Origin: Macrostomum hystrix
Lineage: Eukaryota > Animalia > Platyhelminthes
Assembly: GCA_950097015.1 (NCBI GenBank)
Contig: CATNEN010000038.1
Location: forward strand, 27,156,001-27,220,000
Direction of reading: 5' to 3'
DNA length: 64,000 nucleotides
A program made the translations under genes and the position numbers. Shown piece after piece: positions 28,101 through 40,037 of this stretch. The notes beneath the pieces are model-generated. The model was not told where the DNA came from, searched no databases, and saw nothing but the letters and a program-made list of their open reading frames with translations. Position 1 is the stretch's first letter. Every line of letters starts with the position of its first letter.

Positions 28101-29539
28101 AATACTAACTGTCTAACAGGTAGAGCTAGAGATATATCAATAGGTAAATACCAACTGTCTAACAGGTAGAGTTGGCGTTATTCAACAGGTAAATACCAAC
28201 TGTCTAACAGGTAGAGTTGGCGTTATTCAACAGGTAAATACCAACTGTCTAACAGGTAGAGTTGGCATTATTCAACAGGTAAATACCAACTGTCTAACAG
28301 GTAGATTGGGCGTTATTCAACAGGTAAATACCAACTGTCTAATAGGTAGAGTTGGCGTTATTCAACAGGTAAATACCATCTGTCTAACAGGTAGATTGGG
28401 CGTTATTCAACAGGTAAATACCAACTGTCTAACAGGTAGAGTTGGCATTATTCAACAGGTAAATACCAACTGTCTAACAGGTAGAGTTGGCGTTATTCAA
28501 CAGGTAAATACCAATTGTCCAACAGGTAGATTGGGCTTTATTCAACAGGTAAATACCAACTGTCTAACAGGTAGAGTTGGCATTACTATACTTGTAAAAC
28601 TGATTACTTGAGTGGCATAGTTTAACAGGTGCATTGACATCATTGAAACAGGTTGCAACTTCCTAAATAACTAATTTTTTATCAGTTATAACGCAGTGCT
28701 ATATGATTGTAATGTTGAAATCAATTTTATGTAAAATTATTCTGGTGAAACGGATGGAATCAGCAAGTATTTATTAACGCTAAAATGATGTTGAGCATGA
28801 TAAGCATATAAATGTATTAGTCATGACGGAAATTCGTTAACATATGCTTGCTAAGCTGATAAATAATAAACTGATTCGACTGGGTTTAACAGGTAAATTT
28901 GTTTATTTACACTAAACTATCTTATTTTACAGTTTAGATTCGTGTGAGCTTTCTAAATTAGGCACGCTAAACAAATCACTTACAAGTTCGATTCTTCACA
29001 AAACTCATCTCGCTGGCTAGATACTGAGGACCTGTAGTCGGGGCACTAGCCATCACTCTGGCTGATACGCTGATGAAATACTCTAACCCGGACTCGGCAT
29101 ATTGGCACTGATAATTGTATTTGTCTGTGATATACGGTGATTCCCGAGATGAATTGTAGTCGCAAATAATTTCAAAATTCAGATTTGATGGAGAATCAGT
29201 GTCGTTTCGCTGCCAAGCAATTTCTATCATATGGCTAGTTGTTTTACTGACAGACAGAATCACTTTCGAAAGTTGAACTGGCGCCGGTGTCGTAGTTATC
29301 GTCGGCGTAGCAGTTGTCGTAGCAGATGTAGTTGTCGTAGCAGTTGTCGTAGCAGATGTAGTTGTCGTAGCAGATGTAGTTGTCGTAGCAGTTGTAGTCG
29401 TAGTCAGTGGGTCTGTACTAGTTTTAGCAGCGTCAGTCAATGAACTCACGGTAGTAGTAGAATTTGCATCTACAGACTCTATCTCGCCGGCTGCCATTAG
29501 CAGCAAACACGCAGCTATAAGAGTTTCAATCAGCCTCAT
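13146..29539 (-). CDS. Receptor-type protein tyrosine phosphatase 1 (R3-like: SP, mucin stalk, ~8 FN3-like repeats, TM, single PTP domain), ~1200 aa
   Basis: Exons (minus, all GT-AG and phase-consistent, total 3603 nt): 29539-28984, 27763-27515, 25659-25411, 24260-24012, 22620-22348, 19136-18885, 18809-18477, 17971-17727, 17379-17219 (TM LLLAVTISLLALLAVPVAGVTFFLFI), 16763-16491 (KNRYTDILPYDHTRV, DYINANYI), 16104-15832 (FIASQGP), 15304-14998 (YTGWADFSVP, VHCSAGVGRTG, MVQT), 14737-14665 (GQLAFIY), 13255-13146 (stop). Confidence 0.88.
13308..14620. repeat. 30-bp minisatellite (~43 copies) filling the last intron of RPTP1
   Basis: Unit CAGATCCTCAAACTGTATCCAGCACCCTCG. Confidence 0.95.
15355..15812. 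repeat. Polypyrimidine/polypurine degenerate repeat (CCTTCCGCCCCTTCAT(CCAT/T)C) in an RPTP1 intron
   Basis: Direct inspection. Confidence 0.9.
16970..17120 (+). mobile_element. Partial copy of the SINE at 22694-23048
   Basis: Shares GCCGCGG.GAGAAGGCTTGG..TTGTCGTGCAATTTAC.C.CTTGAGGGCCAACCTCCAAGGCACA...GTACACACCTGTGTG with the full copy. Confidence 0.75.
18068..18384. repeat. Minisatellite, 20-bp unit AGATCTGACAGCTAACTTGT
   Basis: Direct inspection. Confidence 0.95.
19211..22200. repeat. Minisatellite, 15-16-bp unit AAAATGCACATTCC(C)T, ~190 copies
   Basis: Direct inspection. Confidence 0.95.
22694..23048 (+). mobile_element. tRNA-derived SINE
   Basis: tRNA-like head with A box (AGTGGCAGTGCGTTAAA) and B box (GAGTTCGATTCC), unique body, (TTA)n tail; second partial copy at ~16970-17120. 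Confidence 0.75.
23103..28585 (-). repeat. Tandem triplication of a cassette [17-bp array, 249-bp FN3 exon, 45/46-bp array]
   Basis: 17-bp arrays (AAATCAGTCGAATTCCC) at 23103-23996, 25050-25395, 26220-27499. Exons at 24012-24260, 25411-25659, 27515-27763. 46-bp arrays (CAACAGGTAAATACTAACTGTCTAACAGGTAGAGCTGGCGATATAT) at 24358-24982, 25757-26151, 27861-28585. Confidence 0.95.
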
Positions 29540-30319
29540 CTATAGTCGGGGTCCAAATAAGATTGAATGCTATCTTGCGAAGTGAATAAGCACTTGGCTA
29601 GCGCTTATTGCAAACTGAATAAATATAAGAGCGAGCCGCTATTTGTTTACCTTGGCAAGCTGTGCATGGGCTAATGAATTTGTGTGTGCTAAACTACAAG
29701 TCACCACCTGGGCAGGTGTGGAGTGTGTGAGCCATGCCCATGCGTTTTCGTTTGTTAGAATGTCCACTGAGCGGCAGAGAAAGGTAGTTCTAGTAAATAA
29801 ACGATCCTACACTTGTACGGTTTTTAGGGATGACACCTGCAAATAGCTGCGTAATTTGAATTGCTACAGGTAACATTTGCATGTCTGAACTGTCCAAAGA
29901 GCATCACGAAATGTATAAATATTATAATAGGCTTAGCTGAAGCGCAATCAGAAAGACTTTCACCTGATTAAAAAGTCTGAAACAGAACACTTTCCCAGCT
30001 GAAAACAGACTCAGGGCCATGTACAATTTTTCTGCGAGTATCAGTAACCTCTACCTGGTACAATACCTTTACACACAAAAGCTTTAAAAGTAAATGAAAT
30101 GCTAATTGGGCTATTTGTGTTACTTTGGCATTCGCCATAATTTAGGCTAGAAATTTGCATTATGGTGACGACATTGCATTCATTAAAGTACTCGCAAAAA
30201 GTCAAAGTTGTTCGCATACTTAATGAACAATTTAGCATGAAAGTAAAATGTCTGCTTTTAAGAAGTTAAGTACAAAACACTTTTGCGACACTGCCAGTCT
30301 TCTTAATCTTCTCTTTAAT

Positions 30320-33300
30320 ATCTACTCTCTCACCTGTCTCTTCCATGTCTACTCTCTCACCTGTCTCTTCCATGTCTACTCTCTCACCTGTCTCTTCCAT
30401 GTCTATTCTCTCACTTGTCTCTTCCATGTCTACTCTCTCACTTGTCTCTTCCATGTCTACTCTCTCACCTGTCTCTTCCATGTCTACTCTCTCACCTGTC
30501 TCTTCCATGTCTACTCTCTCACCTGTCTCTTCCATGTCTACTCTCTCACTTGTCTCTTCCATGTCTACTCTCTCACCTGTCTCTTCCATGTCTACTCTCT
30601 CACCTGTCTCTTCCATGTCTACTCTCTCACCTGTCTCTTCCATGTCTACTCTCTCACCTGTCTCTTCCATGTCTACTCTCTCACCTGTCTCTTCCATGTC
30701 TACTCTCTCACCTGTCTCTTCCATGTCTACTCTCTCACCTGTCTCTTCCATGTCTACTCTCTCACCTGTCTCTTCCATGTCTACTCTCTCACCTGTCTCT
30801 TCCATGTCTATTCTCTCACTTGTCTCTTCCATGTCTACTCTCTCACCTGTCTCTTCCATGTCTACTCTCTCACCTGTCTCTTCCATGTCTACTCTCTCAC
30901 CTGTCTCTTCCATGTCTACTCTCTCACCTGTCTCTTCCATGTCTACTCTCTCACCTGTCTCTTCCACATCTACTCTCTCACCTGTCTCTTCCATGTCTTC
31001 TCTCTCACCTGTCTCTTCCATGTCTACTCTCTCACCTGTCTCATCCATATCTACTCTCTCACTTGTCTCTTCCATGTCTACTCTCTCACCTGTCTCATCC
31101 ATATCTACTCTCTCACCTGTCCTATCCATATCTACTCTCTCACCTGTCTCATCCATATCTACTCTCTCACCTGTCTCTTCCATGTCTACTCTCTCACCTG
31201 TCTCATCCATATCTACTCTCTCACCTGTCTCTTCCATGTCTACTCTCTCACCTGTCTCTTCCATGTCTACTCTCTCACCTGTCTCTTCCATGTCTACTCT
31301 CTCACCTGTCTCTTCCAAATCTACTCTCTCACCTGTCTCTTCCATGTCTACTCTCTCACCTGTCTCTTCCATGTCTATTCTCTCACTTGTCTCTTCCATG
31401 TCTACTCTCTCACCTGTCTCTTCCATGTCTACTCTCTCACCTGTCTCTTCCATGTCTACTCTCTCACCTGTCTCTTCCATGTCTACTCTCTCACCTGTCT
31501 CTTCCATGTCTACTCTCTCACCTGTCTCTTCCATGTCTACTCTCTCACCTGTCTCTTCCAAATCTACTCTCTCACCTGTCTCTTCCATGTCTATTCTCTC
31601 ACTTGTCTCTTCCATGTCTACTCTCTCACCTGTCTCTTCCATGTATATTCTCTCACTTGTCTCTTCCATGTCTACTCTCTCACCTGTCTCTTCCATGTCT
31701 ACTCTCTCACCTGTCTCTTCCATGTCTATTCTCTCACTTGTCTCTTCCATGTCTACTCTCTCACCTGTCTCTTCCATGTCTATTCTCTCACTTGTCTCTT
31801 CCATGTCTACTCTCTCACCTGTCTCTCCCATGTCTACTCTCTCACCTGTCTCTTCCATGTCTACTCTCTCACCTGTCTCTTCCATGTCTACTCTCTCACC
31901 TGTCTCTTCCATGTCTACTCTCTCACCTGTCTCATCCATATCTACTCTCTCACTTGTCCTCTTCCATGTCTACTCTCTCACCTGTCTCATCCATATCTAC
32001 TCTCTCACCTGTCCTATCCATATCTACTCTCTCACCTGTCTCATCCATATCTACTCTCTCACCTGTCTCTTCCATGTCTACTCTCTCACCTGTCTCATCC
32101 ATATCTACTCTCTCACCTGTCTCTTCCATGTCTACTCTCTCACCTGTCTCTTCCATGTCTACTCTCTCACCTGTCTCTTCCATGTCTACTCTCTCACCTG
32201 TCTCTTCCATGTATATTCTCTCACTTGTCTCTTCCATGTCTACTCTCTCACCTGTCTCTTCCATGTCTACTCTCTCACCTGTCTCTTCCATGTCTACTCT
32301 CTCACCTGTCTCTTCCATGTCTACTCTCTCACCTGTCTCTTCCATGTCTATTCTCTCACTTGTCTCTTCCATGTCTACTCTCTCACCTGTCTCTTCCATG
32401 TCTACTCTCTCACCTGTCTCTTCCATGTCTACTCTCTCACCTGTCTCTTCCATGTCTACTCTCTCACCTGTCTCATCCATATCTACTCTCTCACTTGTCT
32501 CTTCCATGTCTACTCTCTCACCTGTCTCATCCATATCTACTCTCTCACCTGTCCTATCCATATCTACTCTCTCACCTGTCTCTTCCATGTCTACTCTCTC
32601 ACCTGTCTCTTCCATGTCTACTCTCTCACCTGTCTCATCCATATCTACTCTCTCACCTGTCTCTTCCATGTCTACTCTCTCACCTGTCTCTTCCATGTCT
32701 ACTCTCTCACCTGTCTCTTCCATGTCTACTCTCTCACCTGTCTCTTCCATGTCTATTCTCTCACTTGTCTCTTCCATGTCTACTCTCTCACCTGTCTCTT
32801 CCATGTCTACTCTCTCACCTGTCTCTTCCATGTCTACTCTCTCACCTGTCTCTTCCATGTCTACTCTCTCACCTGTCTCTTCCATGTCTACTCTCTCACT
32901 TGTCTCTTCCATGTCTACTCTCTCACCTGTCTCTTCCATGTCTATTCTCTCACTTGTCTCTTCCATGTCTACTCTCTCACCTGTCTCTTCCATGTCTACT
33001 CTCTCACCTGTCTCTTCCATGTCTACTCTCTCACCTGTCTCTTCCATGTCTACTCTCTCACTTGTCTCTTCCATGTCTACTCTCTCACCTGTCTCTTCCA
33101 TGTCTACTCTCTCACCTGTCTCTTCCATGTCTACTCTCTCACCTGTCTCTTCCATGTCTACTCTCTCACCTGTCTCTTCCATGTCTACTCTCTCACCTGT
33201 CTCTTCCATGTCTACTCTCTCACCTGTCTCTTCCATGTCTACTCTCTCACCTGTCTCTTCCATGTCTACTCTCTCACCTGTCTCTTCCATGTCTACTCTC

Positions 33301-34225
33301 TCACCTGTCTCTTCCATGTCTATTCTCTCACTTGTCTCTTCCATGTCTACTCTCTCACCTGTCTCTTCCATGTCTACTCTCTCACCTGTCTCTTCCATGT
33401 CTACTCTCTCACCTGTCTCTTCCATGTCTACTCTCTCACCTGTCTCTTCCATGTCTACTCTCTCACCTGTCTCTTCCACATCTACTCTCTCACCTGTCTC
33501 TTCCATGTCTTCTCTCTCACCTGTCTCTTCCATGTCTACTCTCTCACTTGTCTCTTCCATGTCTACTCTCTCACCTGTCTCTTCCATGTCTACTCTCTCA
33601 CCTGTCTCTTCCACATCTACTCTCTCACCTGTCTCTTCCATGTCTACTCTCTCATTTGTCTCTTCCATGTCTACTCTCTCACCTGTCTCTTCCATGTCTA
33701 CTCTCTCACCTGTCTCTTCCATGTCTACTCTCTCACCTGTCTCTTCCATGTCTACTCTCTCACCTGTCTCTTCCATGTCTACTCTCTCACCTGTCTCTTC
33801 CATGTCTACTCTCTCACCTGTCTCTTCCATGTCTATTCTCTCACTTGTCTCTTCCATGTCTACTCTCTCACCTGTCTCTTCCATGTCTACTCTCTCACCT
33901 GTCTCTTCCATGTCTATTCTCTCACCTGTCTCTTCCATGTCTACTCTCTCACCTGTCTCTTCCATGTCTACTCTCTCACCTGTCTCTTCCATGTCTACTC
34001 TCTCACTTGTCTCTTCCATGTCTACTCTCTCACTTGTCTCTTCCATGTCTACTCTCTCACCTGTCTCATCCATATCTACTCTCTCACCTGTCCTATCCAT
34101 ATCTACTCTCTCACCTGTCTCATCCATATCTACTCTCTCACCTGTCTCTTCCATGTCTACTCTCTCACCTGTCTCTTCCACATATACTCTCTCACCTGTC
34201 TCTTCCACATCTACTCTCTCACCTG
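30320..34225. repeat. Minisatellite, 27-bp unit CTACTCTCTCACCTGTCTCTTCCATGT, ~144 copies
   Basis: Direct inspection; source of the spurious 1300-aa ORFs. Confidence 0.97.
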
Positions 34226-36014
34226 GTTCAAAGTGAGAGTTGATAACAAATAAAAACAGAACACTCGACCTGATGTTGTGCGCATGGCATTTTGCATCGA
34301 GTAAAGTAAACAAAACTATAGTAAACAAAATAGCCTACTAAATTCAACTTTCCAATTCACAATTTATATTTTCGACTTGACAAACGCACACAAATCAAGA
34401 TCTAAATTTAAACAAGCAGAACTTGCTGGTGATTGAGCTAACATTGATAATAACTTTATTATCAATGGCGGGTCAGTTTCTGCGTTAATAATTTAGTTTT
34501 CAACTAAAACAATTGCCGCTTATAGATTATAAACAATTGAAATTCCTCAATTAAATTCCATGCAAATGGTTAATCACAGAACGGTTCACGAACAATTTGT
34601 TTAGTTTAATAAGTTGATTTAAATGAATACTGATTTAAATCATTAGATCGATCTTCGTATAAAACAGGATACAAAATTAACTTACAAAATGAAAATAGTA
34701 AATTTGAAAGTAGTTATTGGCATTTAACAGCGCTATTTTTATGTACATCACAGCCAAACTAAATGAGACATTTTTTACCTTGCTTGCTACTAAAACGCGT
34801 TAGTTAGTAGTAGAATATGCGCGTGAATAAATAAAAAACTCATTCGATAATTCAATACAATAAGCAATTAAGTGACACTAGAATACAATGGCATGATTTG
34901 ATCTATAAGACTCAATCAATATTGGAATTGTAGGTTAAACAAAAAATAAAACGTGGCATTGTGCTTATTGTAAAAACTGATTTAAATTTAGCACCATAAA
35001 AACATCGAGTATGGACTGTTGCGCACACCAGTGATGTAGTAGCAATTACGGTGGAAGAATGTCCACCTATTTGGAGACAGACTGGGGGCAGAGAAAGAGA
35101 GTAGATTAGGCTCGAGATTAGGTATGAGATAGGGGAAGATAAGGGTTGAAATGGTGTATAGAGTATATAGAACAGATATATATTTTTGGAATCAATCGGA
35201 AAACACAACATGATTTGGCAAACAAAAATATCCTTGAAGTTTGTGAACAAACTAAAACAAAAAACTTGTTTGAACAAGAAAAAATACGTTAAAGCCTCTT
35301 TGTTAAATAAACAGAAGAGTTTGATATGTACTTTAAGGCGCTGTGAACAGTTGAGCTAAGTCAGACAGATTTTAGCATTTAGTTATGGACGCAACAATTT
35401 CTTTGCTGTGATAATAATGCAGTAACGATATGGTAAGATGGATTTTATTTATAACAATATCACTAAGGTCAGTCTCAATTTTAGTCTATGGCCAAAACTC
35501 TATCCGAAAGTTTTGTTTGTGGCCTCAACTCTATCACCTTTGAAATGTATTCAATTAACATAATTAACATAAATTCAATTCTATGGTAAGAATATAATAC
35601 TAGAGAAGTTAGTCTATGGCCACACCTAAGACATCAAATAAAACAATAAACAATAACTCTATGGCAATAACTGTTAAAAATACTTATACATATCCGTCCT
35701 GTCTTAATACTTCATTGGTGACTATTTTAATGAGCACATCACCACTTATTGGCCAGATTAAGACAGGATTAAGCAGCTTCATCGGCCTGAAATCCCGGAT
35801 TGGATGCGCCCGCCTGACTCTGTCGCGGCGTGGCATACACAGCGGACATCTCTATGTCTCTCGGATCTGAAAAGAATTACCAAACAATTATTTTACTGCA
35901 CAATTATGCAATGCTTTAATGTTTTTAGCATGTATTAAAGTAGTAAAAACGTTTCGAGACGGTTAGCGGGATTGAGCACTTGCAGTAGTGTCAATTCATC
36001 AGGCCATGTCAGCC

Positions 36015-37797
36015 TAGCCATTAGCCTCATCACTCAGTATCTATACTATCCATTAGCCTCATCACTCAGTATCTATGCTATCCATTAGCCTCATCACTCA
36101 GTATCTATGCTATCCATTAGCCTCATCACTCAGTATCTATGCTAGCCATTAGCCTCATCACTCAGTATCTATGCTAGCCATTAGCCTCATCACTCAGTAT
36201 CTATGCTATCCATTAGCCTCATCACTCAGTATCTATGCTATCCATTAGCCTCATCACTCAGTATCTATGCTATCCATTAGCCTCATCACTCAGTATCTAT
36301 GCTATCCATTAGCCTCATCACTCATTATCTATGCTAGCCATTAGCCTCATCACTCAGTATCTATGCTATCCATTAGCCTCATCACTCATTATCTATGCTA
36401 GCCATTAGCCTCATCACTCAGTATCTATGCTAGTCATTAGCCTCATCACTCAGTATCTATGCTAGTCATTAGCCTCATCACTCAGTATCTATGCTAGCCA
36501 TTAGCCTCATCACTCAGTATCTATGCTATCCATTAGCCTCATCACTCAGTATCTATGCTAGCCATTAGCCTCATCACTCAGTATCTATGCTATCCATTAG
36601 CCTCATCACTCAGTATCTATGCTATCCATTAGCCTCATCACTCAGTATCTATGCTATCCATTAGCCTCATCACTCAGTATCTATGCTAGCCATTAGCCTC
36701 ATCACTCAGTATCTATGCTAGCCATTAGCCTCATCACTCAGTATCTATGCTATCCATTAGCCTCATCACTCAGTATCTATGCTAGCCATTGGCCTCATTA
36801 CTCAGTATGCTAGCCATTGGCCTCATCACTCGGTATCTATGCTAGCCATTAGCCTCATCACTCAGTATCTATGCTAGCCATTAGCCTCATCACTCAGTAT
36901 GCTAGCCATTAGCCTCATCACTCAGTATGCTAGCCATTAGCCTCATCACTCAGTATCTATGCTAGCCATTAGCCTCATCACTCAGTATGCTAGCCATTAG
37001 CCTCATCACTCAGTATCTATGCTAGCCATCGGCCTCATCACTCAGTATCTATGCTATCCATTAGCCTCATCACTCAGTGTCTATGCTATCCATTAGCCTC
37101 ATCACTCAGTCTCTATGCTATCCATTAGCCTCATCACTCAGTATCTATGATAGCCATTAGCCTCATCACTCAGTATCTATGCTATCCATTAGCCTCATCT
37201 TTTTGACTTACTTGACTTAGCGGCAGGGAGCCTCCATGACGGACGCAGCGAGGAGGCGGCTGATGCCGCCCATATCGCTAACCCCTGGCAGATTAGCCTC
37301 ATCACTCAGTATCTATGCTATCCATTAGCCTCATCACTCAGTATCTATGCTATCCATTAGCCTCATCACTCAGTATCTATGCTAGCCATTAGCCTCATCA
37401 CTCAGTATCTATGCTAGCCATTAGCCTCATCACTCAGTATCTATGCTAGCCATTAGCCTCATCACTCAGTATCTATGCTAGCCATTAGCCTCATCACTCA
37501 GTATCTATGCTAGCCATTGGCCTCATCACTCAGTATCTATGCTAGCCATTAGCCTCATCACTCAGTATCTATGCTAGCCATTAGCCTCATCACTCAGTAT
37601 CTATGCTAGCCATTAGCCTCATCACTCAGTATCTATGCTAGCCATTAGCCTCATCACTCAGTATCTATGCTAGCCATTAGCCTCATCACTCAGTATCTAT
37701 GCTAGCCATTAGCCTCATCACTCAGTATCTATGCTAGCCATTAGCCCCATCACTCAGTATCTATGCTAGCCATTAGCCTCATCACTCAGTATCTATG
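36015..37797. repeat. Minisatellite, 32-bp unit GCCATTAGCCTCATCACTCAGTATCTATGCTA
   Basis: Direct inspection; shorter paralogous array at 57788-58235. Confidence 0.95.
37200..37291 (-). mobile_element. 92-bp 5'-truncated non-LTR retroelement 3' end (RTE-like) inserted in a minisatellite, with 12-bp TSD
   Basis: Minus strand ends ...TAAGTCAAGTAAGTCAAAAAA; flanked by ATTAGCCTCATC at 37188-37199 and 37292-37303. Confidence 0.75.
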
Positions 37798-38038
37798 TGT
37801 TCTTCATCCTCAACTTTAGTTGAGCGCAGAAAAGGTAGGTGCAATTAATCGGCAGCTCAATAAAAAACGGTTGTCCAGAAAAAACGAAACAAATGCTTTC
37901 AGGCCAGAAATTGCTTTGCAGTGGGGAGGGAGGGGAGGAGTGCAAAGAAGTGGCGCAAATACCAGGAAAATTGACAATAAGAAAATTTGCTCTTTTCTAA
38001 GGCACCTAATTATAAATTTTGACAATAAATAATTTAAT

Positions 38039-38193
38039 TCAAGCCGAAACATCGGACAAGCGGTGGCGATGTTCAATAGGAGCCGATAGCGAGCGGACAA
38101 CACTCAGCTCAATCACAAATGATGACGGATGCTGACAAGAATGACAGCTGCTGTTAACAGCGCACTTGCTTAGCAGAGCTGACTGTGTCACCG
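38039..38193 (-). pseudogene. Orphan duplicate of the putative RPTP2 terminal exon
   Basis: Near-identical to 58479-58630 with an in-frame 3-nt insertion; no upstream PTP exons in this copy. Confidence 0.45.
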
Positions 38194-38265
38194 CTAGATT
38201 GTGCCGCATTGTGAGAACATGTTTAGTTAGTCAGGACCAAGTTAAACAGGTATGACGGATTAGTT

Positions 38266-39648
38266 GAGAACAGGTGTGACAATGAGCAGAGAACAGGTGT
38301 GACAATGAGCAGAGAACAGGTGTGACAATGAGCAGAGAACAGGTGTGACAATGAGCAGAGAACAGGTGTGACAATGAGCAGAGAACAGGTGCGACAATGA
38401 GCAGAGAACAGGTGCGACAATGAGCAGAGAACAGGTGTGATAATGAGCAAAGAACAGGTGTGACAATGAGCAGAGAACAGGTGTGACAGTGAGCAGAGAA
38501 CAGGTGTGACAATGAGCAGAGAACAGGTGTGACAGTGAGCAGAGAACAGGTGTGACAATGATGCAAAAAACAGGTGTGACAATGAGCAGAGAACAGGTGT
38601 GACAATGAGCAAAGAACAGGTGTGACAATGAGCAGAGAACGGGTGTGAAAATGAGCAGAGAACAGGTATGACAATGAGCAGAGAACAGGTGTGACAATGA
38701 GCAGAGAACAGGTGCGACAATGAGCAGAGAACAGGTGTGACAATGAGCAGAGAACAGGTGTGACAATGAGAAAAGAACAGGTGTGACAATGAGCAGAGAA
38801 CAGGTGTGACAGTGAGCAGAGAACAGGTGTGACAATGAGCAGAGAACAGGTGTGACAATGAGCAGAGAACAGGTGTGACAATAAGCAGAGAACAGGTGTG
38901 ACAATGAGCAGAGAACAGGTGCGACAATGAGCAGAGAACAGGTGTGACAATGAGCAGAGAACAGGTGTGACAATGAGCAAAGAACAGGTGTGACAATGAA
39001 CAGAGAACAGGTGTGACAATGAGCAGAGAACAGGTGCGACAATGAGCAGAGAACAGGTGTGACAATGAGCAGAGAACAGGTGTGACAATGAGCAAAGAAC
39101 AGGTGTGACAGTGAGCAGAGAACAGGTGTGACAGTGAGCAGAGAACAGGTGTGACAGTGAGCAGAGAACAGGTGTGACAATGAGCAGAGAACAGGTGTGA
39201 CAGTGAGCAGAGAACAGGTGTGACAGTGAGCAGAGAACAGGTGTGACAATGAGCAGAGAACAGGTGTGACAGTGAGCAGAGAACAGGTGTGACAATGAGC
39301 AGAGAACAGGTGTGACAATGAGCAAAGAACAGGTGTGACAATGAGCAGAGAACAGGTGTGACAGTGAGCAGAGAACAGGTGTGACAGTGAGCAGAGAACA
39401 GGTGTGACAGTGAGCAGAGAACAGGTGTGACAATGAGCAGAGAACAGGTGCGACAATGAGCAGAGAACAGGTGTGACAATGAGCAGAGAACAGGTGTGAC
39501 AATGAGCAAAGAACAGGTGTGACAATGAGCAGAGAACAGGTGTGACAGTGAGCAGAGAACAGGTGTGACAGTGAGCAGAGAACAGGTGTGACAATGAGCA
39601 GAGAACAGGTGTGACAATGAGCAGAGAACAGGTGTGACAATGAGCAGA
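38266..39648. repeat. Minisatellite, 23-bp unit GAGAACAGGTGTGACAATGAGCA, ~60 copies
   Basis: Direct inspection; ~5-copy paralog at 58703-58824. Confidence 0.95.
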
Positions 39649-40037
39649 GGTTTTGCATGTATAAAAAGTGCAAAAAAAAATTAGCAATTGCTGCCATTTG
39701 TGCAGGCAAAACTGCTGATGTGTGTATAAACTATTTTACATGCATGACACTTTAATAAGCGATTATTGCACCTATAAATCAAACGCTCGTAATGGTATCA
39801 ATATTTCTGCTAAAAATTGTACTATGAAGCATTGTTTCGTCCGTATTTTTTATCCATTAATTTAGTCTACAGGTAATGTCAACTTAAGCCTTATTCGTAT
39901 GAGTTTCCACTTTAAGGGGTCTATTACCCGACGCATTTCCGAAATAGCAGGTCATATGCAGACCCGATGCATTCGTCTACTTAGATATGAAAGCGGGGTC
40001 GGACATGATGCATTCTCGATTCTCGATCGACAGTGTA

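Noticed and set aside
30248-34328. ORFs of 557-1331 aa in several frames
   Set aside because: Translation of a 27-bp minisatellite lacking stops in those frames; open on both strands, no domain content, and the paralogous array has a different length.
34912-35870. Short ORFs duplicated at 56762-57645
   Set aside because: Conservation reflects the recent segmental duplication; one copy is frameshifted and there are no recognisable motifs.
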